From: Gammaproteobacteria bacterium
Lineage (GTDB): Bacteria > Pseudomonadota > Gammaproteobacteria > Steroidobacterales > UBA11654
Assembly (NCBI GenBank): GCA_012965065.1
Contig: DTSX01000112.1
Coordinates: forward strand, 23,883 to 63,695
Length of the DNA stretch: 39,813 bases
Direction of reading: 5' to 3'
Every line of letters begins with the position of its first letter. Position 1 is the stretch's first letter. Under the pieces are notes generated by a model. It was not told where the DNA came from and searched no databases. It saw only the letters and a program-made list of their open reading frames with translations. Below are positions 21,741 to 32,751 of the stretch, one piece after another. The position numbers were made by a program, and so were the translations under genes.

Positions 21741-22313
21741 TCAATTGCTATACATTTCAGGTTTAAACGTCATTCTATGAATTGGAGTTGGGCCAAATTC
21801 TTGAATGGCAGATAAATGTTCCTTAGTTGGGTAACCTTTGTTTTTATCAAATCGATATTGAGGGTATTTTATATGCATTTGTTCCATCAATTGATCCCTG
21901 GTCACTTTTGCCAGTATGGATGCTGCTGCGACAGAGGCATAAAGACCATCACCACCAATTTTGGGTTCCAATCTAAGACTCAAATTTGAGCGTACCACTG
22001 GACAGTGCGGCCCATCTATCAAGACCTGTATGTCATTTTGGTGCAACTGATCAATTGCTCTCTGCATTGCCAACATCGTTGCCTTAAGAATATTATATTG
22101 ATCCACTTCTAGGTGATTGGCAAGACCAATTGAATACTCTTGTGATTCGGATTTAATGATTTGGAATAATTGCTCTCTTTTTTTAGCTGACAGCCTTTTT
22201 GAGTCCCGCAAACCCTGTATGGTCTGATTTTTAAGGAACACGACAGCTGCTGCAACTACGGGCCCAGCAAGACATCCTCTTCCTGCTTCGTCAACACCTG
22301 CGATTAATTCCAT
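21741..22313 (-). CDS. rnhB: Ribonuclease HII
   Basis: AGVDEAGRGCLAGPV, DSKRL and AASILAKVTRD. Confidence 0.97.
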   Translation of the reverse strand: MELIAGVDEAGRGCLAGPVVAAAVVFLKNQTIQGLRDSKRLSAKKREQLFQIIKSESQEYSIGLANHLEVDQYNILKATMLAMQRAIDQLHQNDIQVLIDGPHCPVVRSNLSLRLEPKIGGDGLYASVAAASILAKVTRDQLMEQMHIKYPQYRFDKNKGYPTKEHLSAIQEFGPTPIHRMTFKPEMYSN

Positions 22314-22333
22314 AAATAGACAAGAAAATTATT

Positions 22334-23476
22334 TTACTTTTGTTGTTCAAGCATTTTTAAAATTGTCGATGCTGCCAAAAAAGAAGCATTTTTTTGTAGC
22401 TGCAAGTGAAGAGAATCAAATTGTTGTTGCAATTCTACAACTTTATGTTGATTGGAAAGCCAGGATAAACTTTCTGCGAAAATTGTTTCAGAAGAAGCAT
22501 TCTCTTGAATCAACTCAGGAACTAATTTTTTACCTAAAAGAATATTTGGCAATGCTATGTAATCCGTATGCACCATCTTAGATATCTTTAAAAACCAATA
22601 ACTTAGTGGTGACATTTTATAAACGACAACCATTGGTTTTTTATGTAAAGCCGCTTCGAGTGTTGAGGTACCTGACTTAGTAATGACCAGATCACAGGCA
22701 GATAAAGCTGAATGTGTACTGTCGGTAATGGTCATCTTGAGATCAGTAAAATACATAGCAAGTATTTTCTTTAATTGCTCTCCTATTTTTGAATCCACAA
22801 CCGGTACTACAAACTCTATGTCTTCAATTCTATTGGTTATCAATTCGGCAGTTTCAAAGAATAATTTTGCATGACGGTTAATTTCAGAGCCACGACTACC
22901 AGGCATCAATGCAATAACAGTTTTTGCACTCAGTTTTAAATTATTTCTTGCAGTTTTAACATCAATTTTTTGTTGCGTTGAATCAGCCAATGGGTGGCCA
23001 ATAAAGACCGCGTTCACATTATGTTCTTTTAAGAGATCTTCCTCGAACGGAAAGAGACACAACAATAGATCTGCAGATTTGTTCAGTAATTTAACTCTGT
23101 TTTTTCGCCATGCCCAAAAACTTGGAGAAACCACTTGGATGGTTTTAATACCTCTGCGCTTTAATTTTTCTTCAAGCTTCAAATTGAAATCGGGGGAATC
23201 AATACCAATAAAAGCGTCCGGGGGATTTTTGAGGATTTTTTTTATCAGTTTTTCTCTAACTTTGAGTATTCTAGGCAAATGTTTCAGCACACCAAAAATA
23301 CCCATAACGGATAATTCGGAAGAATGAAACCACTGTTTGCATCCAGCTTGAATCATCTTTGGACCGGCTATTCCCTCGAAGGTTGCATCGGGACAAAGAT
23401 CTTGTATTGAGGCAATAATTTTAGAGCCTAACAAATCTCCTGAAGGTTCCCCAGCAACGATGACGAACTTAGTCAC
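22334..23476 (-). CDS. lpxB: Lipid-A-disaccharide synthase
   Basis: VAGEPSGDLLG, IDSPDFN, PGSRGSE and SGTSTLE. Confidence 0.97.
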   Translation of the reverse strand: MTKFVIVAGEPSGDLLGSKIIASIQDLCPDATFEGIAGPKMIQAGCKQWFHSSELSVMGIFGVLKHLPRILKVREKLIKKILKNPPDAFIGIDSPDFNLKLEEKLKRRGIKTIQVVSPSFWAWRKNRVKLLNKSADLLLCLFPFEEDLLKEHNVNAVFIGHPLADSTQQKIDVKTARNNLKLSAKTVIALMPGSRGSEINRHAKLFFETAELITNRIEDIEFVVPVVDSKIGEQLKKILAMYFTDLKMTITDSTHSALSACDLVITKSGTSTLEAALHKKPMVVVYKMSPLSYWFLKISKMVHTDYIALPNILLGKKLVPELIQENASSETIFAESLSWLSNQHKVVELQQQFDSLHLQLQKNASFLAASTILKMLEQQK

Positions 23477-23497
23477 GATCGGTTGATTGGTTAGAAG

Positions 23498-24268
23498 TCA
23501 GCGGATGATCCCTCTTGTGGATGCTTGTAAAAAATCAAGCATTACTTGCAATTCATTTGAAACTTCGTCAAGACCAGAGATTTTTTCCAGGGCTTCTTCC
23601 AAACGAAGATCAGAAGTATACAACAGCTTGTAAGCGGTCTTAATATTTCGTATTTGTTCAGCGGTAAAATTTCTTCTTCTTAAACCCTCAATGTTAATTC
23701 CTCTAGGCATAGCAGGTTGTCCCACAACAATTACATAAGGGGGTAGGTCTTTGGCCACACCTGCGTATATTCCCAAAAAACTGTGGCTACCGATTTTGCA
23801 AAATTGATGAGCGCCCGAAAAACCGCCAAATATTGCGTAATCCCCAACCTCTACATGGCCACCCAGGGTTGCATTATTGGCAAATATAGTGTTGTTGCCT
23901 ATTTGACAGTCATGCGCTATGTGAACATAGGCCATGATCCAGTTGTCATTGCCTAGCCGAGTGATCCCTGTATCTTGAATCGTTCCTCTATTTATGGTGC
24001 AGCATTCTCTAATGGTATTGCGATCACCTATCTCTAATTGAGTATCTTCATCGTTGTATTTCATGTCCTGGGGACTATCACCTATTGAAGAGAATGGGTA
24101 GATGTGGTTCTGTTTACCTATTTTCGTTCGACCAGTAATCACCACATGCGATTCAATAATCGTGGCACTATCAATGGAGACATCTGGGCCAATAATTGAG
24201 TAGGGTCCGATGCTTACATCATCAGAAATATCAGCTTGTTCAGAAACAATCGCGGTTTTATGAATCAT
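23498..24268 (-). CDS. lpxA: UDP-N-acetylglucosamine O-acyltransferase
   Basis: Hexapeptide repeats, PQDMKY and HIAHDC. Confidence 0.97.
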   Translation of the reverse strand: MIHKTAIVSEQADISDDVSIGPYSIIGPDVSIDSATIIESHVVITGRTKIGKQNHIYPFSSIGDSPQDMKYNDEDTQLEIGDRNTIRECCTINRGTIQDTGITRLGNDNWIMAYVHIAHDCQIGNNTIFANNATLGGHVEVGDYAIFGGFSGAHQFCKIGSHSFLGIYAGVAKDLPPYVIVVGQPAMPRGINIEGLRRRNFTAEQIRNIKTAYKLLYTSDLRLEEALEKISGLDEVSNELQVMLDFLQASTRGIIR

Positions 24269-25310
24269 TGTCTTCGCCCACTTTCTTATTGATTAGCGAC
24301 ACCAGTTTCTGCAGTTTATTTAACTTTTTAAAACTGGCAGCATTCTTTTGCCATTCTGAAGCTTTTTGATGTGAAAACAGATTGCCAGCATAGACACCTG
24401 GATCCTTGATGTCCTTTATGACAGTTGTCCTTGCAGCAATGGTTGTGTCATCGATTATTTTTAGATGGCCAGCAATTCCGACTTGACCGCCTATTCTACA
24501 ACGTTTTCCAATTTCAGTGCTGCCTGCTACGCCTGTTTGTGCAACGATTGCTGTGTGATCACCAACGATCACGTTGTGACCTATTTGTACTAGATTATCA
24601 AGTTTTACACCATTGCCTATGACCGTGTCAGAAAGTGTTCCTCGGTCTATGGTTGTATTTGCTCCCACCTCAACATCATCACCAATAATCACCCGACCCA
24701 TTTGAGGGATCTTGACCCATGCCGAGTCTTTCGCTTCTGAAAAACCAAAACCGTCAGCTCCAATTACCACACCTGGATGAATAATGGCCCTTGAACCTAT
24801 TTCAGTACCCTCATGGATAATGACCCCTGAACTGATCCAACTGGATTCACCTATTTTGGTGTCTTTCTCAACCACAGAGTTGGCCCCAACAAAAACATGT
24901 TCTCCCAACTCAACATTCATAGCTAGAACCACCCCCGCTCCAATCTTACAGGTTGATGGTACGTCGCAGGAGGAGTCAATCACAGCAGCGGAATGGATTC
25001 CTGGCTGAAATTGCTTGCTTATATCAAAGTCACTTGCGATTCTGGCAAACAACAAGTATGGATCAGTTGTTACCAATGAAGCAGTAGGGCAAAACTCCAC
25101 ATCATGTTCCCTGAGGACAACCGCTGCTGCGTTGGTTTCTTTCAACTCAGATTTATACTTACTATTGGCAAAAAATGTTAGCGAATCGTTGGATGCGTTT
25201 GATAGCGTTGCGACATTGGAAACAACAGTAGACGGATCACCTTGGATCTTGCAATCGTATTTTGAAGCTAAATGTTCAAGAGTAAAAGCAGTATCAGACA
25301 AAATTCTCAT
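24258..25310 (-). CDS. lpxD: UDP-3-O-acyl-glucosamine N-acyltransferase
   Basis: Hexapeptide repeats, GADGFGF, KIPQMG and [11 protein letters not shown]. Confidence 0.97.
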   Translation of the reverse strand: MRILSDTAFTLEHLASKYDCKIQGDPSTVVSNVATLSNASNDSLTFFANSKYKSELKETNAAAVVLREHDVEFCPTASLVTTDPYLLFARIASDFDISKQFQPGIHSAAVIDSSCDVPSTCKIGAGVVLAMNVELGEHVFVGANSVVEKDTKIGESSWISSGVIIHEGTEIGSRAIIHPGVVIGADGFGFSEAKDSAWVKIPQMGRVIIGDDVEVGANTTIDRGTLSDTVIGNGVKLDNLVQIGHNVIVGDHTAIVAQTGVAGSTEIGKRCRIGGQVGIAGHLKIIDDTTIAARTTVIKDIKDPGVYAGNLFSHQKASEWQKNAASFKKLNKLQKLVSLINKKVGEDNDS

Positions 25311-25340
25311 TCCCCGACATATTTATTGGCTAGCTTCTAT

Positions 25341-25910
25341 TTAGCCTCCGGCTTTATTTTCTTGAAACTTCTTTTCTAACATTTTAGCTATGTCATTCGT
25401 GATATCCACAGAAGCCCCTTTGTATAAAGTTCCGCCATTTAAAATGGTATTCTGACTGATTCTTCCTTCATTGATGATCAGATCATAGCTATTGTCTCTG
25501 CCAAACTTCTGAATCAAATTGATAATTTCAACAAAAATTTTATTTGCCTCAATTTGAGTTCTATTATTACGATCTTCTTGGAAGCTTTCGGCCAAATATT
25601 TCAACTCTCTCTGATCAGCGTTAATTTTTAACAGAGTATTCTGGCGTTCGTCATTGCTGAGGGCAAGATTGTCTTGATTCAGTTGATCTTTACTGGCGTT
25701 CAAAGCCGACTCCTTGGACGTAATGTCTCTTACTCTACCCGCGAATTCTTCCTCTATCACTGAGGTCATATCTAGGTATTGGGGAGATTCTTGAACAAGT
25801 TTATTCATGTCTACCACCCCGATCCTTGCTTGCGTTGCTTCCTGAGCGAAAATGGATTGGGCAACAAAAAGCGTGCATATTATTGTCAATACGAAATTTA
25901 GTTTTTTCAT
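25341..25910 (-). CDS. skp: Periplasmic chaperone Skp/OmpH
   Basis: Signal peptide, RIGVVDM, long helical body, YDLII...DIT; located between bamA and lpxD. Confidence 0.92.
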   Translation of the reverse strand: MKKLNFVLTIICTLFVAQSIFAQEATQARIGVVDMNKLVQESPQYLDMTSVIEEEFAGRVRDITSKESALNASKDQLNQDNLALSNDERQNTLLKINADQRELKYLAESFQEDRNNRTQIEANKIFVEIINLIQKFGRDNSYDLIINEGRISQNTILNGGTLYKGASVDITNDIAKMLEKKFQENKAGG

Positions 25911-25942
25911 AACTGTCCCTTTATCTTAATTAAAACCATTGT

Positions 25943-28336
25943 CTAAAAAGCTCCTCCAATTGTAAATTGGAATCGTTCCGTTTCGTCACCCCAAGAATCA
26001 CCAGTTGTAGGATCGTTATTTAAAGGAAGGGCATAACTGAATCGAAAGAGTCCGAGTGGGGCCAACCATTGTGCAGCCAATCCGACTGATTGTTTCAAAT
26101 TACCCGCATCAAAACCGTAGTCGAGAGGATTGCCAATTTTGTCATAAAAATCCAGTTCGCTGGTCGAAAATACATTGCCAACATCAAAAAATAAACTAAA
26201 CCTTGCCCTTGTTGCCCAATCTTGCGGTAAAGGTAAAATGACTTCCATTTGAGCTGAAATTAGAAGATTTCCTCCGTATGGGTTACCAAAGTTATCTCTT
26301 GGCCCCAAACGATGTTCTTTATAGCCTCTAATGGTATCCGGTCCTCCTGCGAAAAAGTTTTTGTAGGGAGGGACCCCAACAGAATCACCGTAAGCTCCGT
26401 TGTAGGCAATGTCAGCTTTTGCCATAAGTGTTAAATAGTTCACAAATGGAAACGGAACATTAAAATACTGTTTGTAGCTGTAATTAAAACCGTAATATTC
26501 AACCTCACTTCCAGGAATGGCTAGACTCGCCATGAATCTCTGTGTCATTCCTTGATCAGCAAAGATAAAGCGATTTCTCGAATCATAAACCCACCCGACT
26601 ATCGCTTCTGCAACTTTGAACTGTGTTTTACAAAAATTGAAAGCTCCTTCAAAGCAACTGCTGTCTCCATTGCTTCTAACCCACTGAAGGGCTTGACTAG
26701 CGCTATAATCGCCTGCGAGCAATTCAGAACTCATCAAGTTAGAGCCAAAAATAACTCGCTGATACTCGCTCAAGGGATACGAATATTCCAACCCGAGAGA
26801 AAAAGTTTTGGTTGAGAAATCTGAAGAAGATGCAGTGAACTGATTAAAGGATGAATAGGAAAATCTTGCCGTTCTCGCAATTTCATCAAGCCCAGTATAA
26901 GCATTTGTGTGTGAAAAGCTGTAAACGTCTCTGAACTTACTTGAGTTCAGATCCAGTGCAATTCTATTGCCTGTGCCAAAAAAATTAGTATGAACAAAAT
27001 TACCATTTAAAATAAGTTTCTGGTACCCAGAATAGCCTATTCCTCCACCAAATTGGCCCGGCAGTCCCTCTTTGATCGTAAACACCGCATCAACCAGATC
27101 TGTAGTCCCTGCAACTGGAATTGTGTCAAATTCTACGTCCTCAATAAAAGGCAGTCTTTGCAATCTAATTTTTGATCGTTCCAACCTGCTCTTTGACATA
27201 TACCCCCCTTCCATTTGCCTTAACTCACGTCTTAATACTTCGTCATTTATAGAAGTTGTATCAGAAAAGCTCACCCGCCGAACATAGACCCTACTTTTGG
27301 GTTGGATATAAAAAACTATCTTTGCTTCCATGTTTTCATCATCCAGTTCTGGAATCGCCTGTACTTCTGCAAATGAATAACCATCTTCTCCAAGTCTATA
27401 TTTGATTAACTCTGTAGCTTGCGTCAGCAGTCCCTGAGAAAATATTTGTCCCGGTTGTGCCAAAACCAGTCTCTGTATATCTTCTTTGGGTACAACAAAT
27501 TCACCAGTCAGCTTGACGTCTGATAATCGATAAACATCTCCCTCAGAAATATTAACGGTGACAAATATTCCAGTCTTGTCCGGTGAGATAGCTACCTGAG
27601 CGGAGTCTATCGTAAAATTAGCATAACCTCTGTCCAAATAAAAGGACTCAAGGGTTTCCAAATCACCTTGCAAATCTTCCCTTGAATATCGATCATCTTG
27701 TTGAATAAATGACAACCAATTGGGCATTTGTAACTTCAACTGATCTAAAAGATCTTCATCATTGAAAACATTGTTTCCCACAATATTTATCTGCCTAATT
27801 TGAGCACGATCACCTTCTTTAACATCGATTTTTATCCTAACAGTATTCCCAGGTAAATCTTCCACATCGGTTTCAATTTGAGCACTGTATTTACCGAAAC
27901 TAAAATATTGATCTATCAGTGATCTTTCAATTTCATCCAAAACTGAAGGGTCGTACGTTCGACCGATTCTAAAACCTATATTATTTAAGGATTCTTCTAG
28001 ATCTTCGGTTTTAATATCCTTATTTCCATCAATGCTTATATTTCCTATGGACGGCCTTTCCAGTACCGAAATAATAAGAATGTCATCAGAGGGGTCTTTT
28101 CTAAACTCGATATTCCTAAAAAAACCACTGGAATACACCGCTCTTATGGATTCCTTAATTTTAATCTCATCAAGAGTATCTCCAATGTTTATTGGGAGAT
28201 AATTTAATAAAGCGCCTTCAGAAATTTTCTGCAACCCTTCGATTCTTATGTCTTTGACGGCAAAGGGTTCTTCAGCCTGAACTGAAAAAATACAAAGAAC
28301 AGCGAATGCAACTATTGTTAATCTGAATTTCATCAT
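25943..28336 (-). CDS. bamA: Outer membrane protein assembly factor BamA
   Basis: Signal peptide, POTRA repeats (DIRIEGLQ, VLRRELRQMEG), IRGY loop motif and C-terminal FQFTIGGAF. Confidence 0.97.
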   Translation of the reverse strand: MMKFRLTIVAFAVLCIFSVQAEEPFAVKDIRIEGLQKISEGALLNYLPINIGDTLDEIKIKESIRAVYSSGFFRNIEFRKDPSDDILIISVLERPSIGNISIDGNKDIKTEDLEESLNNIGFRIGRTYDPSVLDEIERSLIDQYFSFGKYSAQIETDVEDLPGNTVRIKIDVKEGDRAQIRQINIVGNNVFNDEDLLDQLKLQMPNWLSFIQQDDRYSREDLQGDLETLESFYLDRGYANFTIDSAQVAISPDKTGIFVTVNISEGDVYRLSDVKLTGEFVVPKEDIQRLVLAQPGQIFSQGLLTQATELIKYRLGEDGYSFAEVQAIPELDDENMEAKIVFYIQPKSRVYVRRVSFSDTTSINDEVLRRELRQMEGGYMSKSRLERSKIRLQRLPFIEDVEFDTIPVAGTTDLVDAVFTIKEGLPGQFGGGIGYSGYQKLILNGNFVHTNFFGTGNRIALDLNSSKFRDVYSFSHTNAYTGLDEIARTARFSYSSFNQFTASSSDFSTKTFSLGLEYSYPLSEYQRVIFGSNLMSSELLAGDYSASQALQWVRSNGDSSCFEGAFNFCKTQFKVAEAIVGWVYDSRNRFIFADQGMTQRFMASLAIPGSEVEYYGFNYSYKQYFNVPFPFVNYLTLMAKADIAYNGAYGDSVGVPPYKNFFAGGPDTIRGYKEHRLGPRDNFGNPYGGNLLISAQMEVILPLPQDWATRARFSLFFDVGNVFSTSELDFYDKIGNPLDYGFDAGNLKQSVGLAAQWLAPLGLFRFSYALPLNNDPTTGDSWGDETERFQFTIGGAF

Positions 28337-28348
28337 GTGGTTAAAAAG

Positions 28349-29713
28349 TTACCAACCAAATATTCTGATCAAATCATTGTACAACGCAAATATCATTAAG
28401 AATAATAGTGCGCCTATTCCGAATTGTTGAAAAATAATTTGTACTTTTTCTGGCAAGGGTCTGCCAATCAATTTTTCTATTAGCACAAATACAATTTGTC
28501 CCCCATCAAGAATTGGTAAAGGGAATAGATTGAGTATGCCTAAACTAATACTGATAATCGCCATAAAAGACAAAGTTGCAATAAGTCCTCTTTTTGCAAC
28601 CGTTCCTGCATCTTTAGCTATGCCTACTGGCCCACTTAGATTTTTCCCTGAAATTTGACCACGGACCATCTTGCCAAACATATTTAAGGTTAGGACAATC
28701 ATTTGATTTGTTTCATTGATTGCCATGGTTAAGCTTTTGGGAAAACGGTATTTTTGAATTGTCTGGTACTTCTTTACTTGATCTTCGTCAATTCGTGCTC
28801 TAAGTCCTATAAAACCTTGGTTTTCGTTATCGGCCTGGGCACCAAGAAATACAGTTTTCTGGTATATCCGATCCAGTCTCTTTATCTCCACCTCAACATT
28901 TTGGTTGGGCTTAGCAATAATGACTTCAGTAAACTGGCTCCAGTTTTTTATGTCAACATCATCAACTTTTAGAATCACATCTTCTGGTAAAAGGCCTGCC
29001 TTGTCAGCGGGTCCATCTGGAATTACTGCTTCTATAGTAGGCTTGATTGTTGGAATAAAAGGTTTAAATCCCAAACCAGGCATTAATGCATTTGGTGCAG
29101 TGAGCTCCTTGGTTCTTCCAGTAACATCCAGTGTTGCATGCTTCAGATTGCCAAATTTGTCTGTTGCGGTGATTTTGATTTGTTCGTCGTCTAAAATCTC
29201 GCCAAGAATTGAAATCAAAGAAGCTTGCCAAGTTTGAACCTCTTTTCCACCCACATTAATAATTTGGTCTCCAGATCTGAGGTTGTTCTGCCAAGCAATA
29301 GATCCCGATTCAATTTCCCCTATAATCGGAGCCACACCTGGAACTCCAACAGAAAACATTGTCATATAAGCAATAATTGCAAAGAGAAAATTAGCAAAAG
29401 GGCCAGCTAGTAAGATAAAAATTCTTTTGGTGGCTGATTGATTATTGAAGGCTCGGTGTTTTTCATTTTCGTCGACCTCTTCACTCCTCTCATCCAACAA
29501 TTGGACATAGCCACCTAGGGGGATGGCGGATAAACAATACTCTGTCTGATCTAAACCAGTTCTCTTACTCCAAAGCACCTTGCCAAAACCGATGGAGTAT
29601 CTCAAAACTTTGACATTGCAAAGTTTTGCTATCAGCAAATGTCCATATTCATGGATGGCGACGAGTACGCCAACCAAGATTACGAATGCAACAATTGAAA
29701 ATAAAAAATCCAT
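28349..29713 (-). CDS. rseP: Intramembrane zinc metalloprotease RseP
   Basis: HEYGH, two PDZ-like segments and NLFPLPILDGG. Confidence 0.96.
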   Translation of the reverse strand: MDFLFSIVAFVILVGVLVAIHEYGHLLIAKLCNVKVLRYSIGFGKVLWSKRTGLDQTEYCLSAIPLGGYVQLLDERSEEVDENEKHRAFNNQSATKRIFILLAGPFANFLFAIIAYMTMFSVGVPGVAPIIGEIESGSIAWQNNLRSGDQIINVGGKEVQTWQASLISILGEILDDEQIKITATDKFGNLKHATLDVTGRTKELTAPNALMPGLGFKPFIPTIKPTIEAVIPDGPADKAGLLPEDVILKVDDVDIKNWSQFTEVIIAKPNQNVEVEIKRLDRIYQKTVFLGAQADNENQGFIGLRARIDEDQVKKYQTIQKYRFPKSLTMAINETNQMIVLTLNMFGKMVRGQISGKNLSGPVGIAKDAGTVAKRGLIATLSFMAIISISLGILNLFPLPILDGGQIVFVLIEKLIGRPLPEKVQIIFQQFGIGALLFLMIFALYNDLIRIFGW

Positions 29714-29802
29714 ATAGTAATTATCAGCAAAGATTATGAAGGAATTATAGAGAATCAGTTCAGCAAAGGAAGTAATAAGATGTGAAAATTTACATTTCAG
29801 CC

Positions 29803-30633
29803 CTAAAACCCAATAAGAGCAAGAGTCGAACCCAGTTCATTAATTCTGAAGGATAAAAATGTAAGCAAAGGAAGGGCCGCTATTGTTCCGTCTAATAGAT
29901 CGATGAAACCTCCATGCCCAGGAATTAAATTACTGGAATCCTTAATGCCTTTATTGCGTTTTAACAAGCTGAAAAATACATCTCCTAAAACAGATATGAG
30001 TGCTACCAGGAATCCAAGATATAAAAACTCCAACAGCCTATCCTGTAAACCATAAAATAAAGCGATTAAGCATGAGAATAGGGAGGCTATTAAAACACCT
30101 CCAATAAAACCTTCAATGGTTTTGCCTGGGCTGATGTTAGGTAATAAAGAGGTTTTTCCCATCGTCCTTCCTACAAAAAAAGCTGCTGAATCGGCAATTG
30201 ATACAACAATGACCACGTATAAAAAAATTCCTGGATTCATGACCATAAAAAACAAAGATGCAACAAATGGTAGGAGGATAAAATATCCAAAAATAAAGAT
30301 TAAGAAGTCATTGATATTCTTCTTTTTGTAGGTTAATACTTGGAATAATATGAATAACCATAGTAAACACAAAAACCAAAACAAATAGTTGCTTGTTTTC
30401 TCTAGGTATCCAGTAAAAAAAAGCATTTCTAAAAGACCACCAATAACCAGTATCGGAAAAAAAATCCGGATGAATCTTGATTTGAATAATCTCGAATATT
30501 CCCAAAGGATAATTAGGGAAATAAATCCAATAGCAGTAGCTTTTATGGGAATTGTTGTCGCAGGATGAATTAAGACCACTAGTATTAAAATGAGAACTGC
30601 TGCCGAACAGATTCTCTGAGTAAGGTTATTCAT
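29803..30633 (-). CDS. cdsA: Phosphatidate cytidylyltransferase
   Basis: ISPGKTIEG and KRNKGIKDSSNLIPGHGGFID. Confidence 0.95.
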   Translation of the reverse strand: MNNLTQRICSAAVLILILVVLIHPATTIPIKATAIGFISLIILWEYSRLFKSRFIRIFFPILVIGGLLEMLFFTGYLEKTSNYLFWFLCLLWLFILFQVLTYKKKNINDFLIFIFGYFILLPFVASLFFMVMNPGIFLYVVIVVSIADSAAFFVGRTMGKTSLLPNISPGKTIEGFIGGVLIASLFSCLIALFYGLQDRLLEFLYLGFLVALISVLGDVFFSLLKRNKGIKDSSNLIPGHGGFIDLLDGTIAALPLLTFLSFRINELGSTLALIGF

Positions 30634-30642
30634 TGTAAAGAT

Positions 30643-31407
30643 TTAGGCTTTTTTCAACTCTGTTTCCTTTTCAACAGAACCAAAACGTCTTTCTGATTGT
30701 GAATAACTTTCTAAAATTTCAAAAAATTCCTGATCTTCAAAACTAGGCCAGAGTGTTTCAGTAAAATGGATTTCACTGTACGCCATTTCCCAAAGCATAA
30801 AATTACTCACTCTGGTTTCACCTGATGTTCTAATTATTAAATCGAGATCAGGCAGATCTGAGAAAGAAAGACGGTTGGATAAAGTTAATTCGTCTATTTG
30901 ATTTTTATTAATTCTGCCATCATCTACATCATCAATAATCTTCAATATACCTTTTACAATATCCTGTCTTGAGCCATATGCTAGTGCTAGAGTGAGTTTT
31001 AAACCAGTATTTTCTGAGGTAATTGCCTCCATTTGTTCCAATTTTCTAATTAAACTTTTAGGAAGCATGTCTTTACTGCCTACCTGTTTAAAACGAACAT
31101 TATTCTCAATTAAAAGTCCGGTGTATTTTTTGATGGTTCGCTCAAACAGTCTCATCAGACCATTGATTTCCTTAGCGGGTCTTTTCCAGTTTTCTGAACT
31201 AAAGGCATATAAAGTAAGTGCTTCAATTTCTAACCTAACCGAGTTTTCAACAATCTCTTTGGCCTTCAGAACGCCTGCCTCATGGCCGAAGATTCTTCTT
31301 TTACCTCTTAGCTTAGCCCACCGACCATTGCCATCCATAATAATGCCCAGATGCCTTGGTAAATTAATAATTTGCGGGATTTTTTTGTCTGCGTGAAGTT
31401 TCTTCAT
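30643..31407 (-). CDS. uppS: Undecaprenyl diphosphate synthase
   Basis: IMDGNGRWA, FSSENWKRP and IRTSGETRVSNFMLW. Confidence 0.97.
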   Translation of the reverse strand: MKKLHADKKIPQIINLPRHLGIIMDGNGRWAKLRGKRRIFGHEAGVLKAKEIVENSVRLEIEALTLYAFSSENWKRPAKEINGLMRLFERTIKKYTGLLIENNVRFKQVGSKDMLPKSLIRKLEQMEAITSENTGLKLTLALAYGSRQDIVKGILKIIDDVDDGRINKNQIDELTLSNRLSFSDLPDLDLIIRTSGETRVSNFMLWEMAYSEIHFTETLWPSFEDQEFFEILESYSQSERRFGSVEKETELKKA

Positions 31408-31410
31408 AAC

Positions 31411-31968
31411 TTAGAAGCTCATCAATTCTTTTTGTTTTTCTTCACTTAGTGATTCTACGTTTTTGATCATATCATCAGTTATAGTTTGGATGTCTCCTTG
31501 CCCTTTATGAAAATGATCTTCTGATATCATTTTTTCTTTGAAGAAATCCTTAAGGTCTTGAATAGAGTCCCTTCGAATATTTCGAATGGAAACCTTTGCT
31601 ATTTCCTCTTCATGACTTACCTGTTTGGTTAGTTCAATTCTTCGTTCCTCGGTTAAATGAGGCAGTGGAATTCTAATAATGCTTCCACTTGTTATTGGGT
31701 TTAAGCCAAGATTTGCCTTAACTATGGCCAGTTCGATCTCTGGGATAAATTTTTGTTCCCAAGGTGAAATGGCCAGTGTTTGTGCATCTTCTACAGTGAT
31801 GTTTGCCAATTGCTGTATCGGCGTTGCGTTCCCATAGTACTCAATATGAACACTGTCTAGAATATCCGGAGTTGCTCTACCGGTCCTTATTTTTCTGAGA
31901 TTGGATGAAAAAACGTTGATTGACTTTTGCATCCTCTGGCTTGTCTCTTGGTTGATTTCATCTAACAT
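31411..31968 (-). CDS. frr: Ribosome recycling factor
   Basis: IRTGRA, LTEERR and IRNIRRD. ATG 31968 gives 185 aa and lies downstream of an AAGGGA RBS. Confidence 0.96.
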   Translation of the reverse strand: MLDEINQETSQRMQKSINVFSSNLRKIRTGRATPDILDSVHIEYYGNATPIQQLANITVEDAQTLAISPWEQKFIPEIELAIVKANLGLNPITSGSIIRIPLPHLTEERRIELTKQVSHEEEIAKVSIRNIRRDSIQDLKDFFKEKMISEDHFHKGQGDIQTITDDMIKNVESLSEEKQKELMSF

Positions 31969-31986
31969 TGACTTCAAATCCCTTAT

Positions 31987-32709
31987 TCATGATATTAATG
32001 TCCCAATGTTCTTACCCTTAACAATATCAAATAATGCATTGGGTATATTCATATCATAAACCCTAACAGGAAGATTGTTATCCCTACACATAACAATGGA
32101 AGTAGTGTCCATTACACTGAGTTTTTTGGAAATAAATTCATCGTAGGAAATGGATTCAAAATGCAATGCATCATCATTTTGCAAGGGATCTTGTGAGAAC
32201 ACCCCATTAACCCTGGTTGCTTTAATCAAAAGATCAGCCTCCATTTCAACAGCTCTCAAGGAGGCAGCAGAATCAGTTGTAAAATATGGATTTCCAGTGC
32301 CTGCAGCAAAAATTGTAACTCTGCCTTTTTCCAAATGTCTGATCGCTCTTCTTCGAATGTAGTCTTCACATACCTCATTGACTTTTAAAGCAGACATAAC
32401 TCTGGCCACCAGACCTTGTCGCTCCAAGGCATCTTGAAGGGCAAGAGCATTGATGATTGTGGCTAACATACCCATTTGATCTCCTGTGACTCTATCAATA
32501 CCTGATTGAGCTAGACCTTCGCCTCTAAATATGTTGCCACCGCCAATGACAATGCCTGTTTGAACACCAGCATCAACGATGGATTTAATTTCTTCTGCCA
32601 GATAAATCAGCACATCAGGATCAACACCAAACGGTTTTTTACCTAAAAGCGCTTCTCCACTCAGTTTTAAAAGTATTCTGTTTATCTTTTTACTTACCAC
32701 ATCAAACAC
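31987..32709 (-). CDS. pyrH: UMP kinase
   Basis: [19 protein letters not shown] and GNPYFTTD. Confidence 0.97.
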   Translation of the reverse strand: MFDVVSKKINRILLKLSGEALLGKKPFGVDPDVLIYLAEEIKSIVDAGVQTGIVIGGGNIFRGEGLAQSGIDRVTGDQMGMLATIINALALQDALERQGLVARVMSALKVNEVCEDYIRRRAIRHLEKGRVTIFAAGTGNPYFTTDSAASLRAVEMEADLLIKATRVNGVFSQDPLQNDDALHFESISYDEFISKKLSVMDTTSIVMCRDNNLPVRVYDMNIPNALFDIVKGKNIGTLIS

Positions 32710-32751
32710 TTAAAGATCCTGCGATTACAGGTCAAGACAGGGAACAGAGTA

